Origin: an uncultured Granulosicoccus sp.
GTDB taxonomy: Bacteria > Pseudomonadota > Gammaproteobacteria > Granulosicoccales > Granulosicoccaceae
Length of the DNA: 64,000 nt
Assembly (NCBI GenBank): GCA_965367215.1
Contig: CBDUIJ010000001.1
Span: forward strand, 1,901 to 65,900
Reading direction: 5' to 3'
Position 1 is the stretch's first letter; every line of letters begins with the position of its first letter. Of the stretch, positions 18,949 through 29,159 are shown in pieces. Under the pieces are notes generated by a model. That model was given only the letters and a program-made list of their open reading frames with translations, made no database searches and had not been told where the DNA came from. A program made the translations under genes and the position numbers.

Positions 18949-19974
18949 ATGAATATCCAGCAGGCACTCGAGCTGTTGATTGAACGAAAGGATCTGCAGG
19001 CGGCCGATATGGAATCGGTCATGCGGCAAGTCATGACCGGTGAGGCCACGCCTGCGCAGATCGGCGGTTTCCTGATAGCCCTGCGCATGAAGGGTGAAAC
19101 AGTGGATGAGGTTGCGGCAGCAGCCAAGGTCATGCGTACACTGGCGTCCGGGGTTTCGCTGGAACATGCCGACGCCATCGATATCGTCGGTACCGGCGGG
19201 GACTCCACCAGCACCTTCAATGTCTCCACCTGTAGCGCCATCGTGGCGGCCGCCGCAGGTGCCAGAGTTGCTAAACACGGCAGTCGCTCGGTGTCCAGCA
19301 AGTCCGGCGCGGCAGACCTGCTGGAAGAGGCGGGGGTCAATATCGACCTGACGCCCGAGCAGGTGGCGCACTGCGTCGACGAGCTGCAGTTGGGGTTCAT
19401 GTTTGCACCACGTCATCACAGTGCCATGAAGCACGCTATCGGGCCGCGACGAGAGATGGGGGTCCGTACCATCTTCAACCTGTTGGGTCCTCTGACCAAT
19501 CCCGCCGGTGCGCGGAGTCAGTTGCTGGGCGTCTACAGCAAACACTGGGTCAGGCCGGTAGCCGAGGTACTCGAGAAGCTGGGCAGTGATCATGTCATCG
19601 TGGTCCACGGGCACGATGGCATGGATGAGATCAGCATCAGCGGGCCCACTCAGGTGGCTGAACTGAAGGATGGCAAGGTGAGCGAATACGTGATCGAGCC
19701 GTCGCAGTTCGGTATCGAGGTCTCACCGCTGGACAGCATCCGAGTCAAGGGTGCCGCCGAGAGTCTGAAGATGATCAAGAGTGTGCTGGCCAACGAGGCC
19801 GGTCCCGCTCGCGATATTGTCGTTCTCAATGCGGGAGCCGCGCTGTGTGTTGCCGGTATTGCCGAGTCGATTGGAGATGGCGTTGCTCTGGCAGACGAGG
19901 TCATCGTCAACGGTGCAGCTGCCCGCAAGCTCGCTCAGCTGATCTCCGTTTCCCAGTCATTTGATCCAGCCTGA
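18949..19974 (+). CDS. trpD: Anthranilate phosphoribosyltransferase
   Basis: 341 aa. Motifs seen: IVGTGGDSTSTFNVST and KHGSRSVSSKSGAADLLE. Confidence 0.94.
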   Translation: MNIQQALELLIERKDLQAADMESVMRQVMTGEATPAQIGGFLIALRMKGETVDEVAAAAKVMRTLASGVSLEHADAIDIVGTGGDSTSTFNVSTCSAIVAAAAGARVAKHGSRSVSSKSGAADLLEEAGVNIDLTPEQVAHCVDELQLGFMFAPRHHSAMKHAIGPRREMGVRTIFNLLGPLTNPAGARSQLLGVYSKHWVRPVAEVLEKLGSDHVIVVHGHDGMDEISISGPTQVAELKDGKVSEYVIEPSQFGIEVSPLDSIRVKGAAESLKMIKSVLANEAGPARDIVVLNAGAALCVAGIAESIGDGVALADEVIVNGAAARKLAQLISVSQSFDPA

Positions 19975-19995
19975 TCTGCAGGAGCGATAGCGAAG

Positions 19996-20805
19996 ATGAA
20001 CACCAAACTGGATGTGCCGGATATTCTCAAGCGGATCATTGCCCGGAAGCATGAGGAAATCGCTGACAGGCAGCGCAGTACTCCGATGCACGCCCTCATC
20101 ACGCAGGCCGAGCAGGTCGGGGATTGTCGTGGGTTCGTGCAGGCGCTGAACAGCAAGGTCGAACAGGGGCAGGCTGCCGTGATTGCCGAGGTCAAGAAGG
20201 CCTCGCCCAGCAAGGGCGTTCTGAGAGATCCGTTCGATCCGGCCAGTATTGCTGCCAGCTACGAAGCGGGCGGGGCGGCTTGCCTGTCAGTCCTGACCGA
20301 TGCCGATTTCTTTCAAGGCAGTGAAACGGCATTGCGAGAGGCCAGAGCAGCTTGTAGCTTGCCTGTCATCCGCAAGGATTTCATCGTCGATGCCTACCAG
20401 GTCGCCGAGGCAAGGGCCATCGGAGCCGACTGTATTCTGTTGATTGCAGCGGCGCTGGATGATCGATCATTGTCAGATCTGTATCGTCAGGCCGTCGATC
20501 TTGGCATGGATGTACTGGTCGAAGTCCATGATGCCGTCGAGTTGCAACGTAGTCTGAAGCTCTCGCCGATGCTGTTGGGTATCAACAATCGAGACCTGCG
20601 AAGCTTTGATGTATCGCTGGAGACGACGGAATCGCTGTTGGCGGAAATTCCTGCGCAAACGCATGTCGTCACCGAGAGCGGAATCATGAATACCGGTGAT
20701 GTGCAACGTATGCGCAAAGCGGGCGTGCACACCTTTCTGGTGGGCGAGGCCTTCATGCGTGCGCCGGACCCGGGTCTGGCACTTCAACAGATGTTTGCCG
20801 GCTAG
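19996..20805 (+). CDS. trpC: Indole-3-glycerol phosphate synthase
   Basis: 269 aa. Motifs seen: [19 protein letters not shown] and [10 protein letters not shown]. Confidence 0.94.
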   Translation: MNTKLDVPDILKRIIARKHEEIADRQRSTPMHALITQAEQVGDCRGFVQALNSKVEQGQAAVIAEVKKASPSKGVLRDPFDPASIAASYEAGGAACLSVLTDADFFQGSETALREARAACSLPVIRKDFIVDAYQVAEARAIGADCILLIAAALDDRSLSDLYRQAVDLGMDVLVEVHDAVELQRSLKLSPMLLGINNRDLRSFDVSLETTESLLAEIPAQTHVVTESGIMNTGDVQRMRKAGVHTFLVGEAFMRAPDPGLALQQMFAG

Positions 20806-20882
20806 CGTGCGCTGCAGATTGCAGGGCTGTCACTGGGCAGGAGGTTGCTGGAAAGCTCTGAGCCGGGCCGTGCAGGGTGCCT

Positions 20883-20917
20883 GAAAGCCGGAACTCCAAT
20901 TCAGGGTTCCGGCTTTC
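20883..20917. terminator. Perfect 12-bp hairpin between convergent trpC and crp
   Basis: GAAAGCCGGAAC pairs with GTTCCGGCTTTC across an 11-nt loop. Neither strand has a clear U-tract, so terminator function is inferred from position only. Confidence 0.45.
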
Positions 20918-21041
20918 CGGTCGACAGGACTACTCTGGTAGTCGTCGTCTGCAAGCTGCGCAATGGACTAATGCCCTGATGTCGAGTCGTGGAGAACAGA
21001 GAGACATTGTCTGATGTTTGACCAGTCGAATGCCTCTTCAC

Positions 21042-21680
21042 TCAACGTGTCCCGTAGATGACCATGGTTTTGCCACGTGCGTGGATAAGACCTCGATCTT
21101 CCAGTTCCTTCAATACCCTGCCGACCATCTCGCGTGAGCAACCGACGATGCGGGCAATTTCCTGGCGAGTGATGCGAATCTGCATGCCGTCAGGGTGGGT
21201 GATGGCATCCGGCATTCTGGCCAGGTCCAGCAATGTAGAGGCGACACGTCCGGTGACGTCCAGAAATGCCAGATCTCGTACCTTGATGCTGGTCTTTCGC
21301 AGGCGTGCTGCCATCTGTGTCGTCAGGGCATAGATCAGATCAGGTTGATCTGCAGCCAGACGTCGAAACTGGTCGTAATTCATTTCAGCCAGTTCGCACT
21401 TGACTCTGGCTACGACCAGGGCGCTGCGTCCGGCAGCTTCATCGAACAGTCCCATCTCGCCGAAAAAGTCGCCAGCGCTGAGATAGGCCAGTACAATCTC
21501 TCGACCGTCGTCGTCTTCGATGACAACGCTGACAGAACCATCAACAATGTAGTACAACGTCTCGGGGACGTCGCCGTGATGGATGATGGTGGTTTTTGCC
21601 GGGTACTGTCGTCGGTGGCTACTTCTAAGGAACATGTCCAACCATTCGACAGGCGGCGGTGCAATACGTGGCGCCAGCAT
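21042..21680 (-). CDS. crp: cAMP receptor protein (CRP/Vfr family)
   Basis: From [10 protein letters not shown] it is 212 aa. It has a cNMP-binding region ([10 protein letters not shown]) and the [31 protein letters not shown]. It is very close to Vfr/CRP as I remember them. Confidence 0.93.
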   Translation of the reverse strand: MLAPRIAPPPVEWLDMFLRSSHRRQYPAKTTIIHHGDVPETLYYIVDGSVSVVIEDDDGREIVLAYLSAGDFFGEMGLFDEAAGRSALVVARVKCELAEMNYDQFRRLAADQPDLIYALTTQMAARLRKTSIKVRDLAFLDVTGRVASTLLDLARMPDAITHPDGMQIRITRQEIARIVGCSREMVGRVLKELEDRGLIHARGKTMVIYGTR

Positions 21681-21847
21681 TTTGTGATTCTCCGTACTCA
21701 AGGTTTGCGCAAGAACCTGATGGGTCTGTATTGACCCTCCAGGCTGTTTTTGTCTAACGTCAAACATTGATCGGCGGTATTTTTAAATTCTTCAATGAAA
21801 TCGACACCACCGCGCGTGGCCGATTCAGGACACGAGGACGAGTAACG

Positions 21848-22264
21848 TTGCACGCACGAGTAAAATGGCTTGATCATATGAGCTTTGTTGGTGAGTCCGG
21901 TAGTGGCCACTCAGTGGTCATGGATGGCTCTCCTGAACACGGCGGCCGTAATCTGGGCGTTCGTCCCATGGAAATGCTCCTTATCGGTCTGGGTGGTTGC
22001 ACTGCTTTCGATGTTGTGCTGATGTTGCAAAAGTCTCGCCAGAACGTCATTGACGTGGAAGTGGCTCTTGATGCGGAGCGGGCAGAGGACATTCCGCAGG
22101 TGTTTACCGACATAAAGGCCCATTTCAAGGTCTGGGGGAAGGATTTGAGCGCCAAGCATGTAGAGCGCGCAGTGACTCTCTCTGCAGAGAAGTACTGCTC
22201 GGCGACCAAGATGCTCGAGAAGAGCGCGACCATTACCTATACGTGGGAAATCATCGAAAGCTGA
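21848..22264 (+). CDS. OsmC/Ohr-family peroxiredoxin-like protein
   Basis: GSGHSVVMDG ... RPMEMLLIGLGGCTAFDVV ... EKYCSATKML is the OsmC family pattern with two conserved Cys. I took the start as the TTG at 21848, preceded by GAGGA. The track ORF begins at 21767. Confidence 0.75.
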   Translation: MHARVKWLDHMSFVGESGSGHSVVMDGSPEHGGRNLGVRPMEMLLIGLGGCTAFDVVLMLQKSRQNVIDVEVALDAERAEDIPQVFTDIKAHFKVWGKDLSAKHVERAVTLSAEKYCSATKMLEKSATITYTWEIIES

Positions 22265-22807
22265 GGGCTCGCAAGCTGCTTTGGCCGGTAGGTCGTGTAC
22301 TGCCGCCTGCCGGTAGTCGAGTTGGTTTCCTGTGCGCCGGATGTTCAGTGGATGAGCAGGCCTGACTGGCAGTGCTGCGTCTCGCACAACCGGATGGCTA
22401 CGTGTTAGCTGGCAGGTATTGTAGTGTTACAACCGCGACTCTCCGCAGCCTTGTCGGCCCGGATGAGCTCGCAGATCGGCAGGTTTCGTGTCAAGAAGGG
22501 ACTGTAGTACTGGCGTTGTTCTGCCGCTGATATCCGAAGTCCGGATAAGAATTCAGTGTTTTTTGTACAAATTACGGGTGCAGGATCGGTGCAATGTCAG
22601 GGGTGGGGAAGCAAAACCTGGCCTGTCGATTGCAGCCGGAACTTCACGCAAGTGACGTTTTCTCCTCCATCAACTCCCCGGGATGGTTTACAGTGTGGCC
22701 CTGGCTGGCCGCACTGGCTCTTTGCGTGTCAATGCCTGATTCATGAAAATGTGGGCCAGTACTCTGTTACAGGGTTCGCATCAGCACAGGAAATGTTCTC
22801 CTGATGG

Positions 22808-22836
22808 TTGAGATTCATGCAAACCTCCTTTACAAT
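22808..22836 (+). promoter_or_regulatory. Predicted sigma70 promoter of rplM-rpsI
   Basis: TTGAGA (22808-22813), a 17-nt spacer, then TACAAT (22831-22836), about 40 nt upstream of the rplM GTG start. Confidence 0.45.
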
Positions 22837-22876
22837 TGTGGGCTTAGTTTCGACAGTGCCCTACCGAGATATATAC

Positions 22877-23314
22877 GTGAACAAGACTACCGTCAGCGCA
22901 AAACCTGCAGAGGTTAAACGTGATTGGTTCGTTATCGATGCTGAAGGCAAGACGCTCGGTAACGTAGCAACAGAATGTGCCCGCCGTCTGCGTGGCAAGC
23001 ACAAGGCCATCTACACCCCCCATGTGGACACGGGTGATTATATGGTTGTCATCAACGCTTCCAAAGTGGAAGTGACTGGCAACAAGGCCAAGAACAAGTT
23101 GTACCGTCACCACACTGGTTACATCGGCAACCTGAAGACTACAAACTTCGAGAAGTTGCAGCAAACTCATCCAGAGCGAATCATCGAACTGGCCGTAAAG
23201 GGAATGCTTCCAAAGAATCCTCTGGGACGTGCCATGTACGGCAAGTTGCGTGTGTTCGCGGACGACAAGCACACACACCAGGCTCAACAGCCCCAGCTCC
23301 TGGAACTGAAATAA
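22877..23314 (+). CDS. rplM: 50S ribosomal protein L13
   Basis: From the GTG at 22877 the product is (M)[27 protein letters not shown], colinear with E. coli L13 ([20 protein letters not shown]...). The upstream part of the track ORF overlaps the predicted promoter. Confidence 0.93.
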   Translation: MNKTTVSAKPAEVKRDWFVIDAEGKTLGNVATECARRLRGKHKAIYTPHVDTGDYMVVINASKVEVTGNKAKNKLYRHHTGYIGNLKTTNFEKLQQTHPERIIELAVKGMLPKNPLGRAMYGKLRVFADDKHTHQAQQPQLLELK

Positions 23315-23316
23315 GT

Positions 23317-23709
23317 ATGGCAGCTCAACAGTATTACGGCACTGGCCGTCGAAAGTCTTCTACCGCTCGAGTCTTCATGAACTCAGGCAGTGGCAAGATC
23401 ACCGTCAACGACAAGCCGCTTGACGAGTACTTCGGTCGAAAGACTGCTCACATGGTCATTCGCCAGCCACTCGAGCGTACTGATACGCTGGGTAACTTCG
23501 ACTTCAACATCACTGTCAAAGGTGGTGGTGGTAGTGGTCAAGCCGGTGCCATTCGTCTGGGTATCTCCCGTGCGTTGCTGTCATACGACGAGACTCTGCG
23601 TGTCACTCTGCGCGGTGCTGGATTCCTGACTCGTGATGCTCGTGAAGTCGAGCGTAAGAAGGTCGGTCTTCGCAAGGCGCGTAAAGCGACTCAGTACTCC
23701 AAGCGATAA
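23317..23709 (+). CDS. rpsI: 30S ribosomal protein S9
   Basis: 130 aa. It has [19 protein letters not shown] and the C-terminus [11 protein letters not shown]. Confidence 0.96.
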   Translation: MAAQQYYGTGRRKSSTARVFMNSGSGKITVNDKPLDEYFGRKTAHMVIRQPLERTDTLGNFDFNITVKGGGGSGQAGAIRLGISRALLSYDETLRVTLRGAGFLTRDAREVERKKVGLRKARKATQYSKR

Positions 23710-23756
23710 GAACTTCCCGGAGCTGCTTCGGCAGCTTCGTCAAGCTATTGCAAAAG

Positions 23757-23786
23757 AAGCCCCGCGAGTCGGGGCTTTTTTGTTTC
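23757..23786 (+). terminator. Rho-independent terminator after rpsI
   Basis: AAGCCCC, loop GCGAGTC, GGGGCTT, followed by TTTTTGTTT. Confidence 0.8.
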
Positions 23787-23882
23787 TGCGAATCGCCGGT
23801 CCGTAATGCCTATCGATTCGTAACATGATTTATTGTCTAAACCTGCTTATCGCAAAGCGTCATTGAGTGTACTGTCGACGTC

Positions 23883-26800
23883 ATGAATGCACCATTGGTC
23901 AAAGATCCGATCGAACTGCCCGCCAGCCAGTTGCGGGAGATTCCTTATAACTACACCTCGTTCTCCGATCGAGAGATAGCGCTGCGTTATCTGGGCGAAA
24001 GCGGCTGGAAACTGATCCAGTCCCTGCGCAGTGAAAGGCAAACCGGGCAGTCGGCGCGCATGCTGTTCGAGGTACTGGGTGATATCTGGGTCATCGACCG
24101 GAATCCCTTCATCCAGGAAGACTTGCTGAGTAATCGCAAGCGACGAAATTCGCTGGTCGAAGCATTGCGGCATCGTGTGGCACAGATCGTCGAGCGTGCC
24201 GGCGACGACACACGAGTCGAAGAGCTTATCCGTCTGGCAAGCGATGCAATAGGATCTTTCCAGCAGCGGCTGACCGAAATGCAGGCACTGCGCAAGCGCA
24301 CGCTGCAACAGATGCGCGGCGTCACGCACGCTGACAATGTTCGCTTTGACGGCTTGTCACGTGTTTCTCACGTCACCGATGCGACCGACTGGCGCGTAGA
24401 GCTGCCGTTCGTCGTACTGACGCCGGATAGCGAGGCGGAATTGCCCGGCATCATCAAGCAGTGCATTGCTCTGTCCTTGACCATGATTCCCAGAGGCGGT
24501 GGCACCGGTTACACGGGTGGTGCAATTCCGTTGCACGCTCGCACGGCTGTCATCAATCTGGAAAAGCTGGACGCACGCGGGGCTGTGCAGGCGATCAAAT
24601 TGCCGGCCGAGCAGGATATGCCGGAGCGGCAGATACACACGATTCGTGTCGAAGCCGGCGTGGTCACGCGTCGCGTCAGCGAAGATGCGCAAGCCATGGG
24701 CCTGGCCTTTGCAGTCGACCCGACCTCGCAGGATGCCTCCACCATTGGTGGCAACATCGCGATGAACGCCGGTGGCAAGAAGGCCGTGTTGTGGGGTACA
24801 ACCCTCGACAATCTGCTTTCCTGGCGCATGGTTGATCCAGACGGGCATTGGCTGGACATCGAGCGGCTTGCGCACAATCTGGGCAAGATTCACGTGCAGC
24901 CCGTCGTGCAGTTTCGCGTGACTCGACGTGATGCCGATACCAATGAAGTCATTGGTGAGCCCTGGGTCATCGATGCACCGGGTGCCAGTCTTCGACAGCA
25001 GGGCCTGGGCAAGGATGTCACCGACAAGTTTCTCGGGGGGCTGCCGGGCGTGCAGAAGGAAGGGTGTGATGGTCTCATTACCTCCGCTGTCTTCATCCTG
25101 CATCGCATGCCGGAACATGTACGGACCGTCTGCATGGAGTTCTATGGACGAGACCTGAGACAGGCCGTTCTGGGAATTACCGAGGTCAAGGACTTCATCG
25201 ATGCCACTGACGGCATCCAGCTGGCCGGTCTCGAGCATCTGGATGACCGCTATATCAAGGCGGTCAAATACAGCGCCAAGGCTGCTCGTGGGGAGTTGCC
25301 ACGGATGTTGCTGATGGCCGATATCGTCAGCGACGACGAGAACCTGCTGGGCAAGGTCGCCTCCGGCGTGGTGCAGCTGGTCAACAAGCGTGGGGCCGAA
25401 GGCTTCATAGCCATCAGTGCAGAAGCTCGCAAGCAGTTCTGGGCAGCGCGTTCACGCACCGCAGCCATTGCAGCGCACACCAATGCCTTCAAGATCAATG
25501 AGGACGTGGTCATCCCGCTGCCGCGGCTTGCCGACTACAGCGAAGGCATCGAGCGTATCAATATCGAGCATTCACTGAGCAACAAGTTACGCATGCTCGA
25601 TGAGGTCAGGCGCCTTCTGAAATCGGATGAGTCGCGTGCTCTGGTGGCGAGCCCGGCCGATGATTCCGAAGAGGGTAGTGCGATCGTGCATGGCAGTCTG
25701 GCAGCGGGCGCTGCCATGCTGGACAAGGTCTACGACAAGTGGGCGGCGCTCTATGATCAGCTGCAGCATTCGGAACATCAATTCATCCAGGCACTGCGCG
25801 ACCGACGTGAACCGGTAGAGCAGGACGAGTGTGTCAAGGCCTTGCTGGGACGCGAGGATGAGATTTCCTATCGCGCGTCGGTTGAAAAACCGCTGAAGGA
25901 TCGCTTCTCGGGCACGCGCTATGTTCGCCTGCTTAAGAAAATCGACGAGATTCATGGGCAATGGCGGCCGCAGCGCCTGTTCGCCGCATTGCATATGCAC
26001 GCGGGCGACGGAAATATTCATACCAATATTCCGGTCAATTCCAACGACTACACGATGATGCGCCAGGCTGAAGGCATCGTTGACCGGGTCATGGACCTGG
26101 CACGTCTGCTCGATGGGGTGATATCGGGTGAGCACGGTATCGGTCTGACCAAGATGCAGTACATGGACGAGAGCGTGGTCAACGCCTTTGCCGACTACAA
26201 GCAGGCAGTGGATCCCGAGGGGCATTTCAACAAGGGCAAGCTGATGCCCGGCTCCAATCTGGATAATGCCTATACGCCGTCCTTGCGACTGGTACAGCAG
26301 GAAGCGCTGATTCTCGAACAGAGTGAGCTCGGGGCGCTCAATGACAGTATCAAGGACTGTCTGCGATGCGGTAAATGCAAGCCTGTGTGTACCACGCATG
26401 CGCCGGGTGCCAATCTGCTGTACTCGCCTCGCAACAAGGTGCTGGGTACGGGTCTGATCATCGAAGCGTTTCTCTATGAGGAGCAGACTCGCCGGGGCCT
26501 GTCCATCAGGCACTTCGACGAGATGAACAACATAGCTGACCACTGCACGGTCTGCCACAAGTGCCTGGCGCCTTGTCCAGTCGATATCGACTTCGGTGAT
26601 GTGTCCATCACCATGCGCAAGATCCTGAAAGACCGTGGCCAGAAGAACTTCAGTCTGGGTACCCAGGTGTCCATGGCATTTCTCAATGCGAAGGACCCGG
26701 CTACCATCAAGATCATGCGCAAAGGCATGGCCGAATGGGGGTTTCAGGCGCAACGTGCGGCCAGTGCGGTGCTGGGCAAGCTGCCGGCTGTCCGTCACAG

Positions 26801-27776
26801 TCGTCAGCAGCCACCCAATACCAGTGAGCCGGCCAAGCCGATAGAGCAGGTCGTGCACTTCGTCAATCGCAAGCTGCCGAACCGCAAGATGCTGCCTGCA
26901 AAGACAACTCGAGCCCTGCTGGGTATCGAGAATCGCGACTATGTGCCGATCATCCGCAACCCCGAGAAGGCGACGGATGACAGTGATGCCGTGTTCTACT
27001 TTCCGGGATGCGGCTCGGAGCGTCTGTTCAGTCAGGTGGGACTGGCCACACTTGCCATGTTGTACGACACAGGCAGCAAGACCGTTCTGCCACCGGGGTA
27101 TCTGTGTTGTGGATATCCACAGACCTCCACCGGAGATGTGGACAAGGGCAAACAGATCACCACCGAAAACCGGGTGTTGTTTCATCGGGTTGCCAATACG
27201 CTGAACTATCTGGATATCAAGACCGTGATCGTGTCCTGCGGAACCTGTATGGACCAATTGCTGAAGTATGAGTTCGAGAAGATATTCCCGGGTTGCCGCT
27301 TGCTGGATATTCACGAGTATCTGATGGAAAAACAGTACTCGCTGGACGGGGTGAGTGGTGAGCACTATGTCTATCACGACCCCTGTCACAGCCCGATGAA
27401 GACCTACCAGCCGTTGAAAGTGACCGAGGCGCTGCTTGGCAAGCCGGTTACGCTGTCTGACAGATGTTGCGGGGAAGCAGGTACCTTTGCGGTGGCGCGG
27501 CCGGATATCGCCTCTCAGGTGCGTCAGCGCAAGGCAACCGAGCTGGTGGCCAATCTGGAAGCCAATGGTGTCAGCAAGGGGGAGACCAAGCATGACGTCA
27601 AGATGATGACCTCATGTCCGGCCTGTGTGCAGGGCCTGAGCCGCTACCGCGACGAAACCGGAATGGATACCGATTACATCGTGGTCGAGTTGGCCAAAGG
27701 CCTGTTTGGTGAAAACTGGGCCAATGATTTCGTCGATCGTGCCAATCAGGGAGGGGTGGAGCAGGTACTGCTCTAG
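23883..27776 (+). CDS. DUF3683 / FAD-linked oxidase / 4Fe-4S / CCG-domain fusion oxidoreductase (YdiJ-like, extended)
   Basis: 1297 aa. The N-terminus has IPYNYTSFSDREIALRYLG (DUF3683 as I recall it), followed by an FAD-binding PCMH-type region (IPRGGGTGYTGGAIP). Ferredoxin-type clusters are present (CLRCGKCKPVC and CTVCHKCLAPCP), and the C-terminus has Cys-rich CCG-like repeats (YFPGCG, HDPCH, SCPAC). Confidence 0.8.
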   Translation: MNAPLVKDPIELPASQLREIPYNYTSFSDREIALRYLGESGWKLIQSLRSERQTGQSARMLFEVLGDIWVIDRNPFIQEDLLSNRKRRNSLVEALRHRVAQIVERAGDDTRVEELIRLASDAIGSFQQRLTEMQALRKRTLQQMRGVTHADNVRFDGLSRVSHVTDATDWRVELPFVVLTPDSEAELPGIIKQCIALSLTMIPRGGGTGYTGGAIPLHARTAVINLEKLDARGAVQAIKLPAEQDMPERQIHTIRVEAGVVTRRVSEDAQAMGLAFAVDPTSQDASTIGGNIAMNAGGKKAVLWGTTLDNLLSWRMVDPDGHWLDIERLAHNLGKIHVQPVVQFRVTRRDADTNEVIGEPWVIDAPGASLRQQGLGKDVTDKFLGGLPGVQKEGCDGLITSAVFILHRMPEHVRTVCMEFYGRDLRQAVLGITEVKDFIDATDGIQLAGLEHLDDRYIKAVKYSAKAARGELPRMLLMADIVSDDENLLGKVASGVVQLVNKRGAEGFIAISAEARKQFWAARSRTAAIAAHTNAFKINEDVVIPLPRLADYSEGIERINIEHSLSNKLRMLDEVRRLLKSDESRALVASPADDSEEGSAIVHGSLAAGAAMLDKVYDKWAALYDQLQHSEHQFIQALRDRREPVEQDECVKALLGREDEISYRASVEKPLKDRFSGTRYVRLLKKIDEIHGQWRPQRLFAALHMHAGDGNIHTNIPVNSNDYTMMRQAEGIVDRVMDLARLLDGVISGEHGIGLTKMQYMDESVVNAFADYKQAVDPEGHFNKGKLMPGSNLDNAYTPSLRLVQQEALILEQSELGALNDSIKDCLRCGKCKPVCTTHAPGANLLYSPRNKVLGTGLIIEAFLYEEQTRRGLSIRHFDEMNNIADHCTVCHKCLAPCPVDIDFGDVSITMRKILKDRGQKNFSLGTQVSMAFLNAKDPATIKIMRKGMAEWGFQAQRAASAVLGKLPAVRHSRQQPPNTSEPAKPIEQVVHFVNRKLPNRKMLPAKTTRALLGIENRDYVPIIRNPEKATDDSDAVFYFPGCGSERLFSQVGLATLAMLYDTGSKTVLPPGYLCCGYPQTSTGDVDKGKQITTENRVLFHRVANTLNYLDIKTVIVSCGTCMDQLLKYEFEKIFPGCRLLDIHEYLMEKQYSLDGVSGEHYVYHDPCHSPMKTYQPLKVTEALLGKPVTLSDRCCGEAGTFAVARPDIASQVRQRKATELVANLEANGVSKGETKHDVKMMTSCPACVQGLSRYRDETGMDTDYIVVELAKGLFGENWANDFVDRANQGGVEQVLL

Positions 27777-27783
27777 GCTGTCA

Positions 27784-27814
27784 GGCCGTGATCCGCTACT
27801 GGCGGATCATGGCC
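27784..27814. terminator. 13-bp hairpin between the convergent oxidoreductase and dgt-like genes
   Basis: GGCCGTGATCCGC pairs with GCGGATCATGGCC (one G-U pair) across a 5-nt loop. The 3' arm covers the stop codon of the dgt-like gene. There is no U-tract. Confidence 0.4.
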
Positions 27815-29159
27815 TGTCGAATATCGATCCCGAGGTCGGGCTGAGCAACTTGTGGTAGAGCTTGCCGGCTGATACATCGGTCATGCTGGACAGATAATCG
27901 GCGATGGCCCGCAGACCAACCTGCTCGTATTGGGCAAATACCGGAATCGGCAACAGTCGTTGTGGGTTGGCAGCAAATATCTCGAACAGGCGGATGACGA
28001 CTCGCTGCCCCTTGTATTGCAGCATTTGCAATTCGGGACGGAATATCACATGACTCATGACGAAATCCTTTATGAGCCTGAGAATTCTGTAGGCCAGTGG
28101 TTCCATGACCGTTTGTAATCTCAGCAAAGGGGCGTCGAAGGCGTCTTGCTCATTGATGACAATGCTGCGGATGAGGTAACCCACGAACCGGCTGATGGCA
28201 TGTTTGCGATCCTTGGCAGAGGCGCTGAACAGCAGGCGGTTGAATTCTTCCATATGCCTGTTGATGGGATTCTCCGGCCATTCGAGCAGTTTTGCCGAGA
28301 CCTGTTCCATCCAGACGTCGCGATCGACCAGGCCCAGAGCCAGTGCATCTTCGAGATCATGAACGCCATAGGCTATGTCGTCCGCCAGCTCCATGATGCT
28401 GGTATCCAGAGACTTGTAGAGTGTGCGGCCATGACCGAGCGGAGATGACTCGGTCGTCAGAAATCTGTCGCGATCAGTGGGCGAAAAGGGCTCCAACAGC
28501 CAGTCGAGAACATCGCGTTCAGAGTCGTAGATGCACTTCGGGGGAGCCCATTGGTCGATGTTCAGAGGGTTGTCCTGTGCTACGGGGACGTAGTTGCAGA
28601 CCCTGGAATAAGTCGTGGGGTATTTGATTGTCCCCAGCATCGCCCTGCGAGTCAGATCGAGTCCGGAATCAGGTGAATACTCTCCCAGCCGAGCCAGAAT
28701 ACGCAAAGTCTGACCATTGGCCTCGAAGCCGCCGTGGTCACGCATCATGGTGTTCATGGCAACTTCGCCACCATGACCGAATGGCGAGTGTCCGATGTCG
28801 TGGGCGAGACAGATGGCTTCGATGAGGCTGAACGAAGGTATCAAAGGCTCGTAGTCGGCGTTTTCCGGTTGATCGCGCAGCCATTCGCAAATGCCGGAAC
28901 CGACTTGTGCCACTTCCAGAGAGTGGGTGAGGCGGGTGCGATAGAAGTCGCTTTCACCCAGGCCCAGCACCTGAGTCTTGGACTGCAGGCTGCGGAAAGA
29001 TGCGCTGTGGATGATTCGGGCGCGATCACGCTGATACTGGCTATCTTCTCGGGTACTATTGAATCCGCGCCCCGGATGGCTCTGGTATTCTGATCGTCGT
29101 TCTAGCCAGACGCTCAAGGTGTTGCTCCTGCCAGGATCGAAAATGTCAGTCCCGGTCAT
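27807..29159 (-). CDS. dgt: dGTP triphosphohydrolase-like HD-domain protein
   Basis: 450 aa. It has RLTHSLEVAQVG and AHDIGHSPFGHGGE (the HD motif region). Length is typical of the Dgt-like type 2 family. Confidence 0.85.
   Translation of the reverse strand: MTGTDIFDPGRSNTLSVWLERRSEYQSHPGRGFNSTREDSQYQRDRARIIHSASFRSLQSKTQVLGLGESDFYRTRLTHSLEVAQVGSGICEWLRDQPENADYEPLIPSFSLIEAICLAHDIGHSPFGHGGEVAMNTMMRDHGGFEANGQTLRILARLGEYSPDSGLDLTRRAMLGTIKYPTTYSRVCNYVPVAQDNPLNIDQWAPPKCIYDSERDVLDWLLEPFSPTDRDRFLTTESSPLGHGRTLYKSLDTSIMELADDIAYGVHDLEDALALGLVDRDVWMEQVSAKLLEWPENPINRHMEEFNRLLFSASAKDRKHAISRFVGYLIRSIVINEQDAFDAPLLRLQTVMEPLAYRILRLIKDFVMSHVIFRPELQMLQYKGQRVVIRLFEIFAANPQRLLPIPVFAQYEQVGLRAIADYLSSMTDVSAGKLYHKLLSPTSGSIFDRP

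Noticed and set aside
22556-22804. An 82-aa ORF and a GGTTCG-containing stretch upstream of rplM, as a possible small gene or tRNA.
   Set aside because: No cloverleaf can be drawn: there is no GTTCGAATC T-loop context and no acceptor stem pairing. The ORF has no RBS or motif. The region is better explained as the rplM promoter and leader.
25587-27593. A 668-aa antisense ORF inside the 1297-aa oxidoreductase gene, plus similar long antisense ORFs at 24357-25238, 31212-32597, 56774-57991, 1511-2179, 11388-12131 and 15687-16427.
   Set aside because: For each one I checked, the offset to the sense gene frame is a multiple of 3. This is the same register-matched artefact. Their translations are low-complexity, rich in Arg, Gly, Leu and His, and lack family motifs.
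27807-29159. The dGTPase-like gene as an anti-phage dNTP-depletion defence gene next to a mobile-element-like gene.
   Set aside because: Its size and motifs fit the widespread housekeeping Dgt-like type 2 family. It has core-like G+C, and there are no partner defence genes or island boundaries. Sequence gives no evidence for a defence role beyond adjacency.
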